From Bythopirellula sp. (GTDB lineage: Bacteria; Planctomycetota; Planctomycetia; Pirellulales; Lacipirellulaceae), in the NCBI GenBank assembly GCA_965216565.1, contig OZ244170.1, forward strand, positions 1,056,001 to 1,120,000: 64,000 bases of DNA. The letters run 5' to 3'. Of this stretch, positions 49,830-58,755 are shown one piece after another. Position numbers and translations under genes: made by a program. The notes below the pieces were generated by a model. It was not told the DNA's origin. It did no database searches and was given only the letters and a program-made list of their open reading frames with translations. The stretch's first letter is position 1, and the number at the start of each line of letters is the position of its first letter.

Positions 49830-51470
49830 TTACTTTAACGCATCCAAGTAGCGATGAACGCAGGCAACGGCCAGCGACCCATCGCCCACGGCAAATCCGC
49901 AACGCTTGGTGGTACCCGCCCGCACGTCACCCGCCACCATGATCCCCGGCACCGAGGTTTCCACTTCGCAGGGCGCGCGATCAAGGGGCCATTGGTCTTC
50001 ACCACCGATTGCAGCACCGGCAAGGACGAACCCTTTTTCGTCCAGCGCAATGGAGTCAGGGAGCCAGTCGGTGTGCGGTTTTGCTCCGATAAACAGAAAC
50101 AGCGCGGCGCAATCGATCGTCGCTTCGTCCCCGGACTTGTTGTTTTTCACTCGAATCGAATCGAGTGAGTCATCACCGGTAATCTCCGCAACTTCGGTAT
50201 TCTTCATCACTTCAATCTTGGGATGTTTGTCTACCCTTTCGCACAAATAGGCCGACATGCTTTTCGAGAGGTCGTCGCCGCGGATGAGTATCTTCACCTG
50301 ATTCGCCGAGTCGGCTAAATACATGGCTGCTTGTCCTGCTGAGTTCCCTCCGCCAACCACAACCGCCGTGGCCTCTTGGCACACTCGCGCTTCCACCGAC
50401 GTGGCAGCATAATACACCCCGGCACCCTCTAAGGCCCGACACCCGGGAAGGTCGAGTTGCCGATAGTGAACTCCACTCGCCACCAGCACGCTTCTTGCGC
50501 GAGCCACCTGCCCGGTACAAAGATGCAAATGGTGCTCGCCTGAATCGACCGTTTCCACCGACTTGACCGTGATCGGGGCGATGAATTGAGCCCCAAATTT
50601 CAATGCCTGCAGATAGCCCCGATTGGCCAACTCGCTACCGCTGAGTCCGGAGGGAAATCCGATGAAGTTTTCGATTCTCGAGCTGCTGCCGGCTTGGCCT
50701 CCGGGTCCAACGCTGTCGACAACAAGCGTGTTGATCCCTTCTGAAGAGGCATAAACGGCCGCAGCCAATCCCGCCGGCCCGCAACCCACAATGACCAGGT
50801 CGAACAGTTTCTGATCGACATTCCGCGAGATTCCAATGCACTCCGCCAACTTTGGCAGCGAAGGATTGCCGACCGTATGACCGTTGCAATGCACAACTGG
50901 CATCGGCATGTCGCTGGCCTCCAGGCAATTGATTTGTTGCTGGCCCTCCTCCGAAGTCGCTTCGTAAAACCTGTGCGGCACGTGATTCTTGTAGAAAAAC
51001 TCGCGGATGCGAGAGGTCTCGCGCATCGCGGGCTCGCCAATTAAACGAACTCCCACAAAATCGGATTCCTCCAGCATCTTCCGCCGCATTTGCACAGCTT
51101 CCAGCAGCATCTCGCTCACCCGTGGACATTGTCCTAAGAGCTTTCGCAATCGTCCGGCACATAAGCGGTAGGTGCTCACCGGCCCGCAAGCAATGGCGGT
51201 CACCACCGCGCTCCGCCCGGTCAAAAGATCTACGTCGCCCACAAAGTTGCCGGAACCATGTTTGATGATCAGACGTTCCTGATCTTTACATTTTTCAACA
51301 ATCCGCACCTCACCGCTTTCGATGACATGAAACGGATAGTCTTTCTGGCCCTGCGAAATGAGTTCCTCTTCCGCTGAGTACGAAACCGCATCGGCAATTT
51401 CGGCCACATGGCCCATGATCTCTGTATCGAAAACCGGAAAGGCCGTCTGTTCAATCGACGATACACTCAT
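49830..51470 (-). CDS. cNMP-binding domain fused to thioredoxin-reductase-like FAD oxidoreductase
   Basis: N-terminal cNMP fold (VIESGEV, GNFVGD); GCGPAGLAAAVY, SRIENFIGFP, VGGGNSAGQAA, AGDVR. Confidence 0.9.
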   Translation of the reverse strand: MSVSSIEQTAFPVFDTEIMGHVAEIADAVSYSAEEELISQGQKDYPFHVIESGEVRIVEKCKDQERLIIKHGSGNFVGDVDLLTGRSAVVTAIACGPVSTYRLCAGRLRKLLGQCPRVSEMLLEAVQMRRKMLEESDFVGVRLIGEPAMRETSRIREFFYKNHVPHRFYEATSEEGQQQINCLEASDMPMPVVHCNGHTVGNPSLPKLAECIGISRNVDQKLFDLVIVGCGPAGLAAAVYASSEGINTLVVDSVGPGGQAGSSSRIENFIGFPSGLSGSELANRGYLQALKFGAQFIAPITVKSVETVDSGEHHLHLCTGQVARARSVLVASGVHYRQLDLPGCRALEGAGVYYAATSVEARVCQEATAVVVGGGNSAGQAAMYLADSANQVKILIRGDDLSKSMSAYLCERVDKHPKIEVMKNTEVAEITGDDSLDSIRVKNNKSGDEATIDCAALFLFIGAKPHTDWLPDSIALDEKGFVLAGAAIGGEDQWPLDRAPCEVETSVPGIMVAGDVRAGTTKRCGFAVGDGSLAVACVHRYLDALK

Positions 51471-51665
51471 GAAATGCTTGCCTCATATCTGCTTAGTAAA
51501 TAGGACAGCAATCATTTTAGACGATAGCCGGCAGTCGCCAACAGTGCCGCGGACCCGTTGTGGCGGACTCCCGTAATTTCGTGGTTAGAAGAATCGCACC
51601 TGCAGTGTACAATCTGCAATCGCAATTGCGCAAATGTCTCAGATTCTTCTGGAGAAACGTTCAAT

Positions 51666-52682
51666 ATGTATACGCGACGGAATATCCGTTGGAGCGTTGT
51701 GTTTCGGTTTGCCTGGAGGCAGATTCTGGTGTTCGCAGCTTGGAGTGCGTTTGCGGTCTGGCTATTTCAATATTTGCAAGCCCGAGGAATCGATGGCAGT
51801 TTGCCCATGGCATTGCTCGGCACCATCGGTGTGGCGGTCGCGTTTTACATTGGATTCAAAAACAATCAGTCCTACGATCGCAATTGGGAAGCCCGCAAAA
51901 TCTGGGGCGGGATTGTCAACGCCAGCCGAAGTTGGGCCAACCTCGTCCTTAGTTTCATCTCCTCGGCCCACGCTCAGGAAAACGTGGAAGCGAGCGAGGT
52001 GGAAGCCATTCAGCGCAAGATGATTTATCGCCACTTGGCTTGGATGCACGCATTGCGGTTCCAACTGCGCAGAAAAACCTCCTTCGGTTTCCAGCCGAAA
52101 GGAGCGCAGCGGCGATTCATGCAGCCGACCGAAATCGACGCCATGCGGAACGAGTTGAGGGAGCTTCTCTCCGAAAAAGAACTCAACGTTGCCTGCACGC
52201 GCGTCAACTCCGCAACGCAACTTTTGAGATTGCAAAGCGAACACTTGCGCCAGGTGGTGGAACAGCATCATCTGACCGAGGAGTTTCGATTGATTGCCAT
52301 GATGGAAATCGTGACGGAACTCTATGCTCTGCAAGGAAAATGCGAACGTATCAAGAATACGCCCTTCCCACGTCAATACGCTTACTTCAGCAATGTCTTC
52401 ACCTGGATCTTCATTACGCTGCTGCCATTCGGTATTGTGGGAGAATTGGCGGCTCGAGATGGCGGATGGATTTGGGCCACGGTTCCGCTCGCGACGGTTG
52501 TGTCTTGGATGTTCTACACAATGGAGGCAGTTGGAGATTCGAGCGAAGACCCGTTCGAAAACTTCATCAACGATGTCCCCATGACAGCCCTGTGTCGCAC
52601 CATCGAAATCGATCTCCGCCAGATGATGAGCGAAAAAGACGTGCCGCCCCCGCTCAAGCCGATCGACGACATCTTGATGTAA
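51666..52682 (+). CDS. Bestrophin family ion channel
   Basis: FKNNQSYDRNWEARKIWGGIVN, CERIKNTPFP, EDPFE...DVPM. Confidence 0.92.
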   Translation: MYTRRNIRWSVVFRFAWRQILVFAAWSAFAVWLFQYLQARGIDGSLPMALLGTIGVAVAFYIGFKNNQSYDRNWEARKIWGGIVNASRSWANLVLSFISSAHAQENVEASEVEAIQRKMIYRHLAWMHALRFQLRRKTSFGFQPKGAQRRFMQPTEIDAMRNELRELLSEKELNVACTRVNSATQLLRLQSEHLRQVVEQHHLTEEFRLIAMMEIVTELYALQGKCERIKNTPFPRQYAYFSNVFTWIFITLLPFGIVGELAARDGGWIWATVPLATVVSWMFYTMEAVGDSSEDPFENFINDVPMTALCRTIEIDLRQMMSEKDVPPPLKPIDDILM

Positions 52683-52844
52683 TTCTTGATAGGAACCATT
52701 CCGGAACAGTCTTCACAGCGACATTCTGTCGTCAATCTTTGGTCTGAGGATTTCTACGCTTGTCCCTTGGCTCCGCTGGCCAATACTCTTTAGCAGACAG
52801 AAGACAGAGAGTGTGGGAAACGGAGCGCAAAACTCACCAAGCCG

Positions 52845-53924
52845 ATGCCAAACAACGCGATGAGCACACAGCAATCATCTACTAGCGAGCGTAACCAACG
52901 ACGGGCCAAAAAGGCCCAGTTGCATTACGTCAACAGCTTCGATGAGGGGATCACGCGGAGGCGTTGCGGTAAGGGTTTTACTTACGTTTCCGCGAACGGA
53001 AAAACCGTGCGGGCCAAGCAAACTCGCAAGCGGATCGATAACCTGGTCATTCCTCCCGCCTGGGAAGATGTATGGATTTGCCCGAAGTCCAACGGGCATA
53101 TCCAGGTTCGTGGTCGCGACGAGGCAGGACGGATCCAGTACATCTATCACGAACGCTGGCAGGCGGTCAGCGCTGCCCGAAAATTTGATCGACTACATCT
53201 CATGGCCGAGTTGCTGCCGCGCATCCGCCGCCGGGTTCGCAAGGATTTAGGGGTGAAGAAACTCTCAAAAAAACGAGTCCTCGCCGCGGTCGTCCGGCTA
53301 CTAGATAAAGCCAAAATGCGGATCGGTAACGAGCAGTATGCAGAAACCAGCGGTGCCCGGGGGGCCACGACGATCGCACCAGAGCATGTCGAGATCGAAA
53401 ATTTCTCGGTGACGCTCGACTATCCTTCCAAGAGCGGCAAGCATCGCGAGATCGAGTTTTCCAACAGAAAAGTCGCCAAGGTGCTCAGCGAATGCGAGGA
53501 GCTCGACGGTCAGTATCTTTTTTGTTACCACGCCAAGGACGATCGTCTGTGCCGAGTCGACTCGACGGACGTCAATGAGTACCTGAGCGAGATTACGTCG
53601 AAGGGGGTCTCCGCAAAAGACTTTCGCACCTGGTGGGGCAGTGTGCAAACTCTTTCTGCCCTCGCCGATATCGATCCAGATTTAACCGCCCGGAAACGGA
53701 AGTCGCAAATAAATAGGGCCATCGAATCAGCCGCTTCGCTGTTGGGGAACACCAAGGCCGTTTGCCGCAAGAGCTACGTCCACCCCGGCATCATCGCCGC
53801 GGCGGAGTCGGGAGAACTGCCCAAGCTGCTCGCAGATTTGTCGATCGCGTCGGTCGAAAATCAAGAACTCTCGCAGGATGAACAGCAGTTTGCCGCGCTG
53901 CTCCCGCATCTCGAATTTTCATGA
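52845..53924 (+). CDS. DNA topoisomerase IB (bacterial poxvirus-like)
   Basis: IPPAWEDVWI, GRIQYIY, RIGNEQY, KSGK, AKDFRTW, LGNTKAVCRKSYVHP (catalytic Tyr). Confidence 0.95.
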   Translation: MPNNAMSTQQSSTSERNQRRAKKAQLHYVNSFDEGITRRRCGKGFTYVSANGKTVRAKQTRKRIDNLVIPPAWEDVWICPKSNGHIQVRGRDEAGRIQYIYHERWQAVSAARKFDRLHLMAELLPRIRRRVRKDLGVKKLSKKRVLAAVVRLLDKAKMRIGNEQYAETSGARGATTIAPEHVEIENFSVTLDYPSKSGKHREIEFSNRKVAKVLSECEELDGQYLFCYHAKDDRLCRVDSTDVNEYLSEITSKGVSAKDFRTWWGSVQTLSALADIDPDLTARKRKSQINRAIESAASLLGNTKAVCRKSYVHPGIIAAAESGELPKLLADLSIASVENQELSQDEQQFAALLPHLEFS

Positions 53925-53938
53925 TCGCGGGCGAAGGG

Positions 53939-54253
53939 TTAATCGTCGACTTCCAAGCCACGCTCCCACTCAGCGTAGGGTGTGTTCTTCGCCATGTGAC
54001 GGTTGTAGTCGGGCGCCCCGTCGTCCCACCAAACCTCACCCCGTTCGCCCAGGGCTACCTTGGCTGCATGCACTTGCGTGCGCGCGGCAGAGAGCTCCGC
54101 CTCGTCTTGTGCATGCTTCACCGCCCGACGCGCATCCATTAGTTCCGCGACGAAGCGCTGACGTTCCTCTTCCGGCAAACTTGGATCCGTACAACGCCAC
54201 AACCGCCCCTTCACAAGGAAGTAGCGACCATCCGGCGTCACAGGATACTTCAT
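53939..54253 (-). CDS. Small hypothetical protein (TPDGRY...GERG..WW type)
   Basis: TPDGRYFLVKGRLWR and AKVALGERGEVWWDDGAPDYNR match a small uncharacterised family recalled from memory. Confidence 0.8.
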   Translation of the reverse strand: MKYPVTPDGRYFLVKGRLWRCTDPSLPEEERQRFVAELMDARRAVKHAQDEAELSAARTQVHAAKVALGERGEVWWDDGAPDYNRHMAKNTPYAEWERGLEVDD

Positions 54254-54338
54254 ACCCCAAAGCCCACCAAAAAAATTCCGGCGCTAACCGTGATGCCGCA
54301 GTTCACTCGCCGCGACGAGCAACACAAGGCAGCAAAAG

Positions 54339-54599
54339 CTACTTAGGAACCTGCGGCCGACTAAAGCCAATGTTATCCAGTGCCTTGTATACTTCCTCCA
54401 GCGTCTTCTCGCCAAAATTAGAAATACTCAGCAAGTCGGCACGGGTACAATGCAACAGATCGTTGACCGTAAAGATGCCCTTTTCTTCCAGGCAATTGGT
54501 CGTGCGAACCGCCAGGCCAATTTCGGCCGTGCTCATCTCGAGTCGATCTTTAAGACCCTGGTTGGCGAGTTCAGTTTGATTGAGAGGTATGCGCGTCAT
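54339..54599 (-). CDS. Stand-alone RNA polymerase alpha-subunit C-terminal domain protein
   Basis: LAVRTTNCLEEKGIFTVNDL...LLSISNFGEKTLEEV matches the alpha-CTD consensus; RBS-like GAAGGAG upstream. Confidence 0.88.
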   Translation of the reverse strand: MTRIPLNQTELANQGLKDRLEMSTAEIGLAVRTTNCLEEKGIFTVNDLLHCTRADLLSISNFGEKTLEEVYKALDNIGFSRPQVPK

Positions 54600-54822
54600 C
54601 GCACGGGCTCCTTCCCTTAAAATGGATTCAACTGTCCCTATGATCCATGGTCGTCGTCGACCATCCAAGTTGGGCGGAAGTATACCAGTTTTTCTCGGTT
54701 GAAATCAAGAAAATCGCCCGCGAACGCCGTTTTTTTCGTATCGGCAATATCGTGCTGTCATTGGCGCAATTCACCACGGCACTCTACGATGAAGACAGCA
54801 AGTAAGCCCACCAGCTCCAAGA

Positions 54823-54928
54823 AGCAGCAACTCAAGAATTACTTTGTCATGGAGTCCCTCGCCCCCTTGGGGAAAGGCTAGGTGAGGGGATCTCAAAAAA
54901 CAGCCGAAGTAATTCTTGAGTTGCTGCT
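54823..54928. repeat. MITE-like element: 22-bp perfect inverted repeat enclosing a DUF559-type palindrome
   Basis: AGCAGCAACTCAAGAATTACTT/AAGTAATTCTTGAGTTGCTGCT around CCCTCGCCCCCTTGGGGAAAGGCTAGGTGAGGGG. Confidence 0.75.
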
Positions 54929-54957
54929 GAGAATAGCCAGAATAAGCAAAACTAAAT

Positions 54958-57282
54958 ATGCCAGCCGATCCTCTCTTCCAATCCCTCAATGAGCCGCAGT
55001 GCGAGGCCGTCCGCCACATGGAGGGCCCCATGCTGGTGCTGGCCGGTCCCGGTAGTGGCAAGACACGAGTCGTTACGCACCGTATCGCCCATCTGCTTCG
55101 CGAAGGCGTGCCGGCGTCGCAAATTCTCGCACTCACCTTCACGAATAAAGCCGCTGAAGAAATGGCTGCCCGTGTCGAGCAACTTGCCCCAGGGCAGGAA
55201 GTTTGGGTCAGCACGTTCCATCGCTTCGGAGCACGCATGCTCCGCAACTACGCCCAGTACCTGGGCCTGCAGCCGAACTACACCATCTACGACACCAGCG
55301 ATTCCAAACAAACGCTCGCCCGCGTCATCGAAGCGGGCAATTTCAAAACCATGCACTACACCCCCGACCGCATTGCCGCGGCCATCAGTGCAGCCAAGAA
55401 CAAACTTATTACCCCCGATCGCTACGAAGCCCGTGCAGGCAGTCCCCTCAGTCACATTGTGGCCGAGGTCTATCCCGCTTACCAAGCACGTCTGCTCGCT
55501 TCTTCGGCTGTCGACTTCGACGATCTCTTGTTGCACGTCGCCAACTTGCTTTATCAAAATGAAGAAATCCGCGCCAGCCTCGACGACCGCTATCGCTACA
55601 TCATGGTCGACGAGTATCAAGATACGAATCATGCCCAGTACGTGATGTTACGCGCGCTCTCGGTCGATCATCCCAATCTGGCAGTCACTGGTGATCCCGA
55701 CCAATCGATCTACGGTTGGCGTGGGGCCGATATCAATAACATTCTGCAGTTCGAATCCGACTACCCCGAGGTGCGCGTCGTCCGATTGGAACGCAACTAC
55801 CGTAGCACAAAGCGAGTGCTGCAGGTGGCCGACCAACTCATTGGCTACAACAAACGTCGCAAGCAGAAGGCACTGTTCACTGAAAACGACGAAGGCGCGC
55901 AGGTCCGCCTGGTGGAATATGCTACCCAGGACGAGGAGTCGCAGGGAATCGCACAACGCATTGCCGAGGAGGTTACCTCCGGCGCACGCCGACCCAGTGA
56001 CTTTGCCATCTTCTATCGGGTGAATGCCCTTTCGCGATCGCTGGAGCGGGCGCTCCGCGAAGCCGGGGTCCCCTATCAAATGATTCGCGGCCAGGAGTTT
56101 TATCAGCGCAAGGAAATCAAAGACGTGCTGGCCTACTGCCAATTGATGAACAACCCCCGCGACGATCAAGCCGTGTTGCGGACGATCAATACGCCAGCGC
56201 GAGGCATTGGCCGCAAGACGGTCGACCGGCTTTCCGAGTACGCCTACACCTATGGCGTGTCGTTGATGGAGGCGGCACGCGAAGCGGCCCAGGTCGAAGC
56301 CTTGGCCGCCCGTTCGGTGAAGAGTGTGCTGAAGTTTGTGGCACTGATGGATAAGCTAGGTGAACTGATCAACGGCGACATGGAAGAAATTCTCGGGACG
56401 ATCATCAACGAATCCGGTTATCGCGGGCACCTGAGCGAGAGCGAATCGGAAGAGGACCTCAACCGCCTGGCCAACATCGAAGAACTACTCACTGACGCCC
56501 GTCAGTTCGACGAGCAAAACCCGGGCGGTGGCTACCTGGAAACTTATCTGGAGAACGCCTGGCTGGTGAACGAAACCGATTCTTGGCAGAGCGACAACGA
56601 TAAAGTGACAATGATGACGCTGCACGCCGCCAAAGGATTGGAGTTTCCCGTGGTTTTTCTCGTCGCGGTCGAGCATGGCCTGTTACCGCACGAACGGAGT
56701 ACAAACGACGAATCTCAATTAGAAGAGGAACGCCGCCTCGCCTTTGTCGGCATCACCCGAGCCGAGGAAGAACTGCAACTCAGCTACGCCATCCAACGCG
56801 ACTTCCGCGGCCAGCGCCGCCGCACGGTCCCCAGTTCATTCCTGATGGAAATGCCCCGTGAAGAAATGCAACTCACCCAAGTCGCCAGCCATCAAGATCA
56901 CTGGAGCGAAATGGACTGGCTGGAGGGGGATGCCGGCGGGCAAGCTGGTGAGGAAGATTTCCTCGCCGATGATCTTTCGTTCGATGTGGCAGAGATGGAA
57001 TCGGAATCGAAATCGAAGCCCGTTAGCGACAAATGGCAAGTTGCCGCCGCCCAAGTCACCACCGCCGCACAACTAGCAGGCGACGAATCCAAATCAGCGC
57101 CCCGCGCCGAGCCCGACAGTTTCGCGCAAGGCATGACCGTCGTCCACCCCGAGCACGGCCTGGGGAAAATCGTCGCCCTCTCCGGCGCCGGCAAAAACCG
57201 CCGCGCCACCGTCCGCTTCGCTACGGCGGGAGAAAAACGCTTCGTCCTAGCCCACAGCCCGCTACGACCAGCGGGCAAGTAA
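54958..57282 (+). CDS. pcrA: ATP-dependent DNA helicase UvrD/PcrA
   Basis: AGPGSGKT, TFTNKAA, VDEYQDTN, GDPDQSIY, NYRST, TLHAAKGLEF, EEERRL..VGITRA, C-terminal Tudor-like domain. Confidence 0.95.
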   Translation: MPADPLFQSLNEPQCEAVRHMEGPMLVLAGPGSGKTRVVTHRIAHLLREGVPASQILALTFTNKAAEEMAARVEQLAPGQEVWVSTFHRFGARMLRNYAQYLGLQPNYTIYDTSDSKQTLARVIEAGNFKTMHYTPDRIAAAISAAKNKLITPDRYEARAGSPLSHIVAEVYPAYQARLLASSAVDFDDLLLHVANLLYQNEEIRASLDDRYRYIMVDEYQDTNHAQYVMLRALSVDHPNLAVTGDPDQSIYGWRGADINNILQFESDYPEVRVVRLERNYRSTKRVLQVADQLIGYNKRRKQKALFTENDEGAQVRLVEYATQDEESQGIAQRIAEEVTSGARRPSDFAIFYRVNALSRSLERALREAGVPYQMIRGQEFYQRKEIKDVLAYCQLMNNPRDDQAVLRTINTPARGIGRKTVDRLSEYAYTYGVSLMEAAREAAQVEALAARSVKSVLKFVALMDKLGELINGDMEEILGTIINESGYRGHLSESESEEDLNRLANIEELLTDARQFDEQNPGGGYLETYLENAWLVNETDSWQSDNDKVTMMTLHAAKGLEFPVVFLVAVEHGLLPHERSTNDESQLEEERRLAFVGITRAEEELQLSYAIQRDFRGQRRRTVPSSFLMEMPREEMQLTQVASHQDHWSEMDWLEGDAGGQAGEEDFLADDLSFDVAEMESESKSKPVSDKWQVAAAQVTTAAQLAGDESKSAPRAEPDSFAQGMTVVHPEHGLGKIVALSGAGKNRRATVRFATAGEKRFVLAHSPLRPAGK

Positions 57283-57313
57283 AGAAGTGGCACCCAGCGA
57301 GGCATTAATAGAG

Positions 57314-57550
57314 CTAATGTCGTATAAGCAGAGATTCGAATACAGCGAACAAAGCTCCAAATCCTGTACCAACTAGAAATCCGACTGCTGCAGATTGATC
57401 AAGACTTGGCCCAGGTTTACCACGATTTAGAATACGCAAGGCAACTGCTATTAAGCATCCACAAATTCCGTATGTAAACGTCTTGATAACTATGGTAACG
57501 AGAACAGGATCAAACATTTGCCAAACCATGGATAGGGAGACTAAAACCAC
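57314..57550 (-). CDS. Possible small membrane protein or gene fragment
   Basis: Hydrophobic 78-aa ORF in an AT-rich stretch; start uncertain. Confidence 0.3.
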   Translation of the reverse strand: MVLVSLSMVWQMFDPVLVTIVIKTFTYGICGCLIAVALRILNRGKPGPSLDQSAAVGFLVGTGFGALFAVFESLLIRH

Positions 57551-57738
57551 AACACATATGCATTTCTCGATTCCACTGACTTGTGGCTACTTCCCTCATG
57601 ACCAGAACCAATTTGGCTATCGATAATTCTGCAAGTGCGGCTACAGTGCCCAGATGTAATGTAGGTGACCATCTTCGCTCAACCACGCGGCTCCTAGTTC
57701 CCAATAGTAGCTGCTAAGTGAGAAGGATGATTAGCATT

Positions 57739-58755
57739 TCATTCATCACCGCCTGGGAATACCTTCCGCCAATCGTTTTTCATGTCTACGACCGTCCAGT
57801 TATTTCGTTGGGCCTCTACAAGAGCTTTATCTAGTCGGCCGACGTGAGATTCTCGATCGTACGCCCACTCCCGCTTCGCGTCGGTGTGATGGACGATGAG
57901 GCAAAACCGCGGACCGTCACCGGCTGAAGTCCATTGCAGCATTTCCAAGTCTCCGTCCGAGTTCCCAAATGCTGCAACCGGACGTCTCCCGATGTGATGA
58001 TTGATCCCCACAGGCTTGCCTGCCTTGTCGTCGATGAAATTCAGTTCTGGCAGACGTACCAAAACTGGTTTTTCTCCGCGAAACTTAAACTTTGTACGGA
58101 TGCTGCTGCCAACAACTTGTTCGGGCGGGATCCCATAGATGTTTTCCGTCCATGGTCGCATGAACTCGATTCCGCCACCAGACACAATGAACGTCTTGAA
58201 CTCATTGTCGCGTAAGTATGCCAGCAATTCGAGCATCGGCTGGTAGACCATCTCGGAGTAGAGTCTGCCCGTTTGGGGATGCTTTGCAGTAGCAAGCCAT
58301 TCGGTCACGATCTCGCTGAACTCTTCAGTTGTCATATCCGCATGGGTGGCCATGATCAACTCGAGCAGGGCTTTTTCACCACCTGCCGAAGCCGATTTCA
58401 AATCTCCGTTCAGTATCGAAGCGTAAGGTTCTTGTGTCTCCCATTTAGGATGTTCTGGCGACAGAGCCTTCACACGATCGATTGCAAACAGTGCTTGGAA
58501 GTACACCGGTTGCTCAGCCCACAGGCAGCCATCGTTGTCGAACGTAGCGATTCTCTCGCTGGGTGTGATAAATTGTGGCGAGTTCTCATCGACCACGTTC
58601 CCGACGAATTCCATGATCGATCGCTTAGTAGTCCCTTCGTTCCACGACGGCAAGGGATCAGCAGCGAAACCATAAGCAGCCCAAAACAACGTAACAATAG
58701 TTACGAGTCCCATCTGCATCGCAACAGATTCAAACGATTTATTTAAGAAACGCAC
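57739..58755 (-). CDS. Secreted HAD-family hydrolase (acid-phosphatase-like)
   Basis: DPLPSWN, FDNDGCLW, IVSGGG, FGNSDGD. Confidence 0.92.
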   Translation of the reverse strand: MRFLNKSFESVAMQMGLVTIVTLFWAAYGFAADPLPSWNEGTTKRSIMEFVGNVVDENSPQFITPSERIATFDNDGCLWAEQPVYFQALFAIDRVKALSPEHPKWETQEPYASILNGDLKSASAGGEKALLELIMATHADMTTEEFSEIVTEWLATAKHPQTGRLYSEMVYQPMLELLAYLRDNEFKTFIVSGGGIEFMRPWTENIYGIPPEQVVGSSIRTKFKFRGEKPVLVRLPELNFIDDKAGKPVGINHHIGRRPVAAFGNSDGDLEMLQWTSAGDGPRFCLIVHHTDAKREWAYDRESHVGRLDKALVEAQRNNWTVVDMKNDWRKVFPGGDE

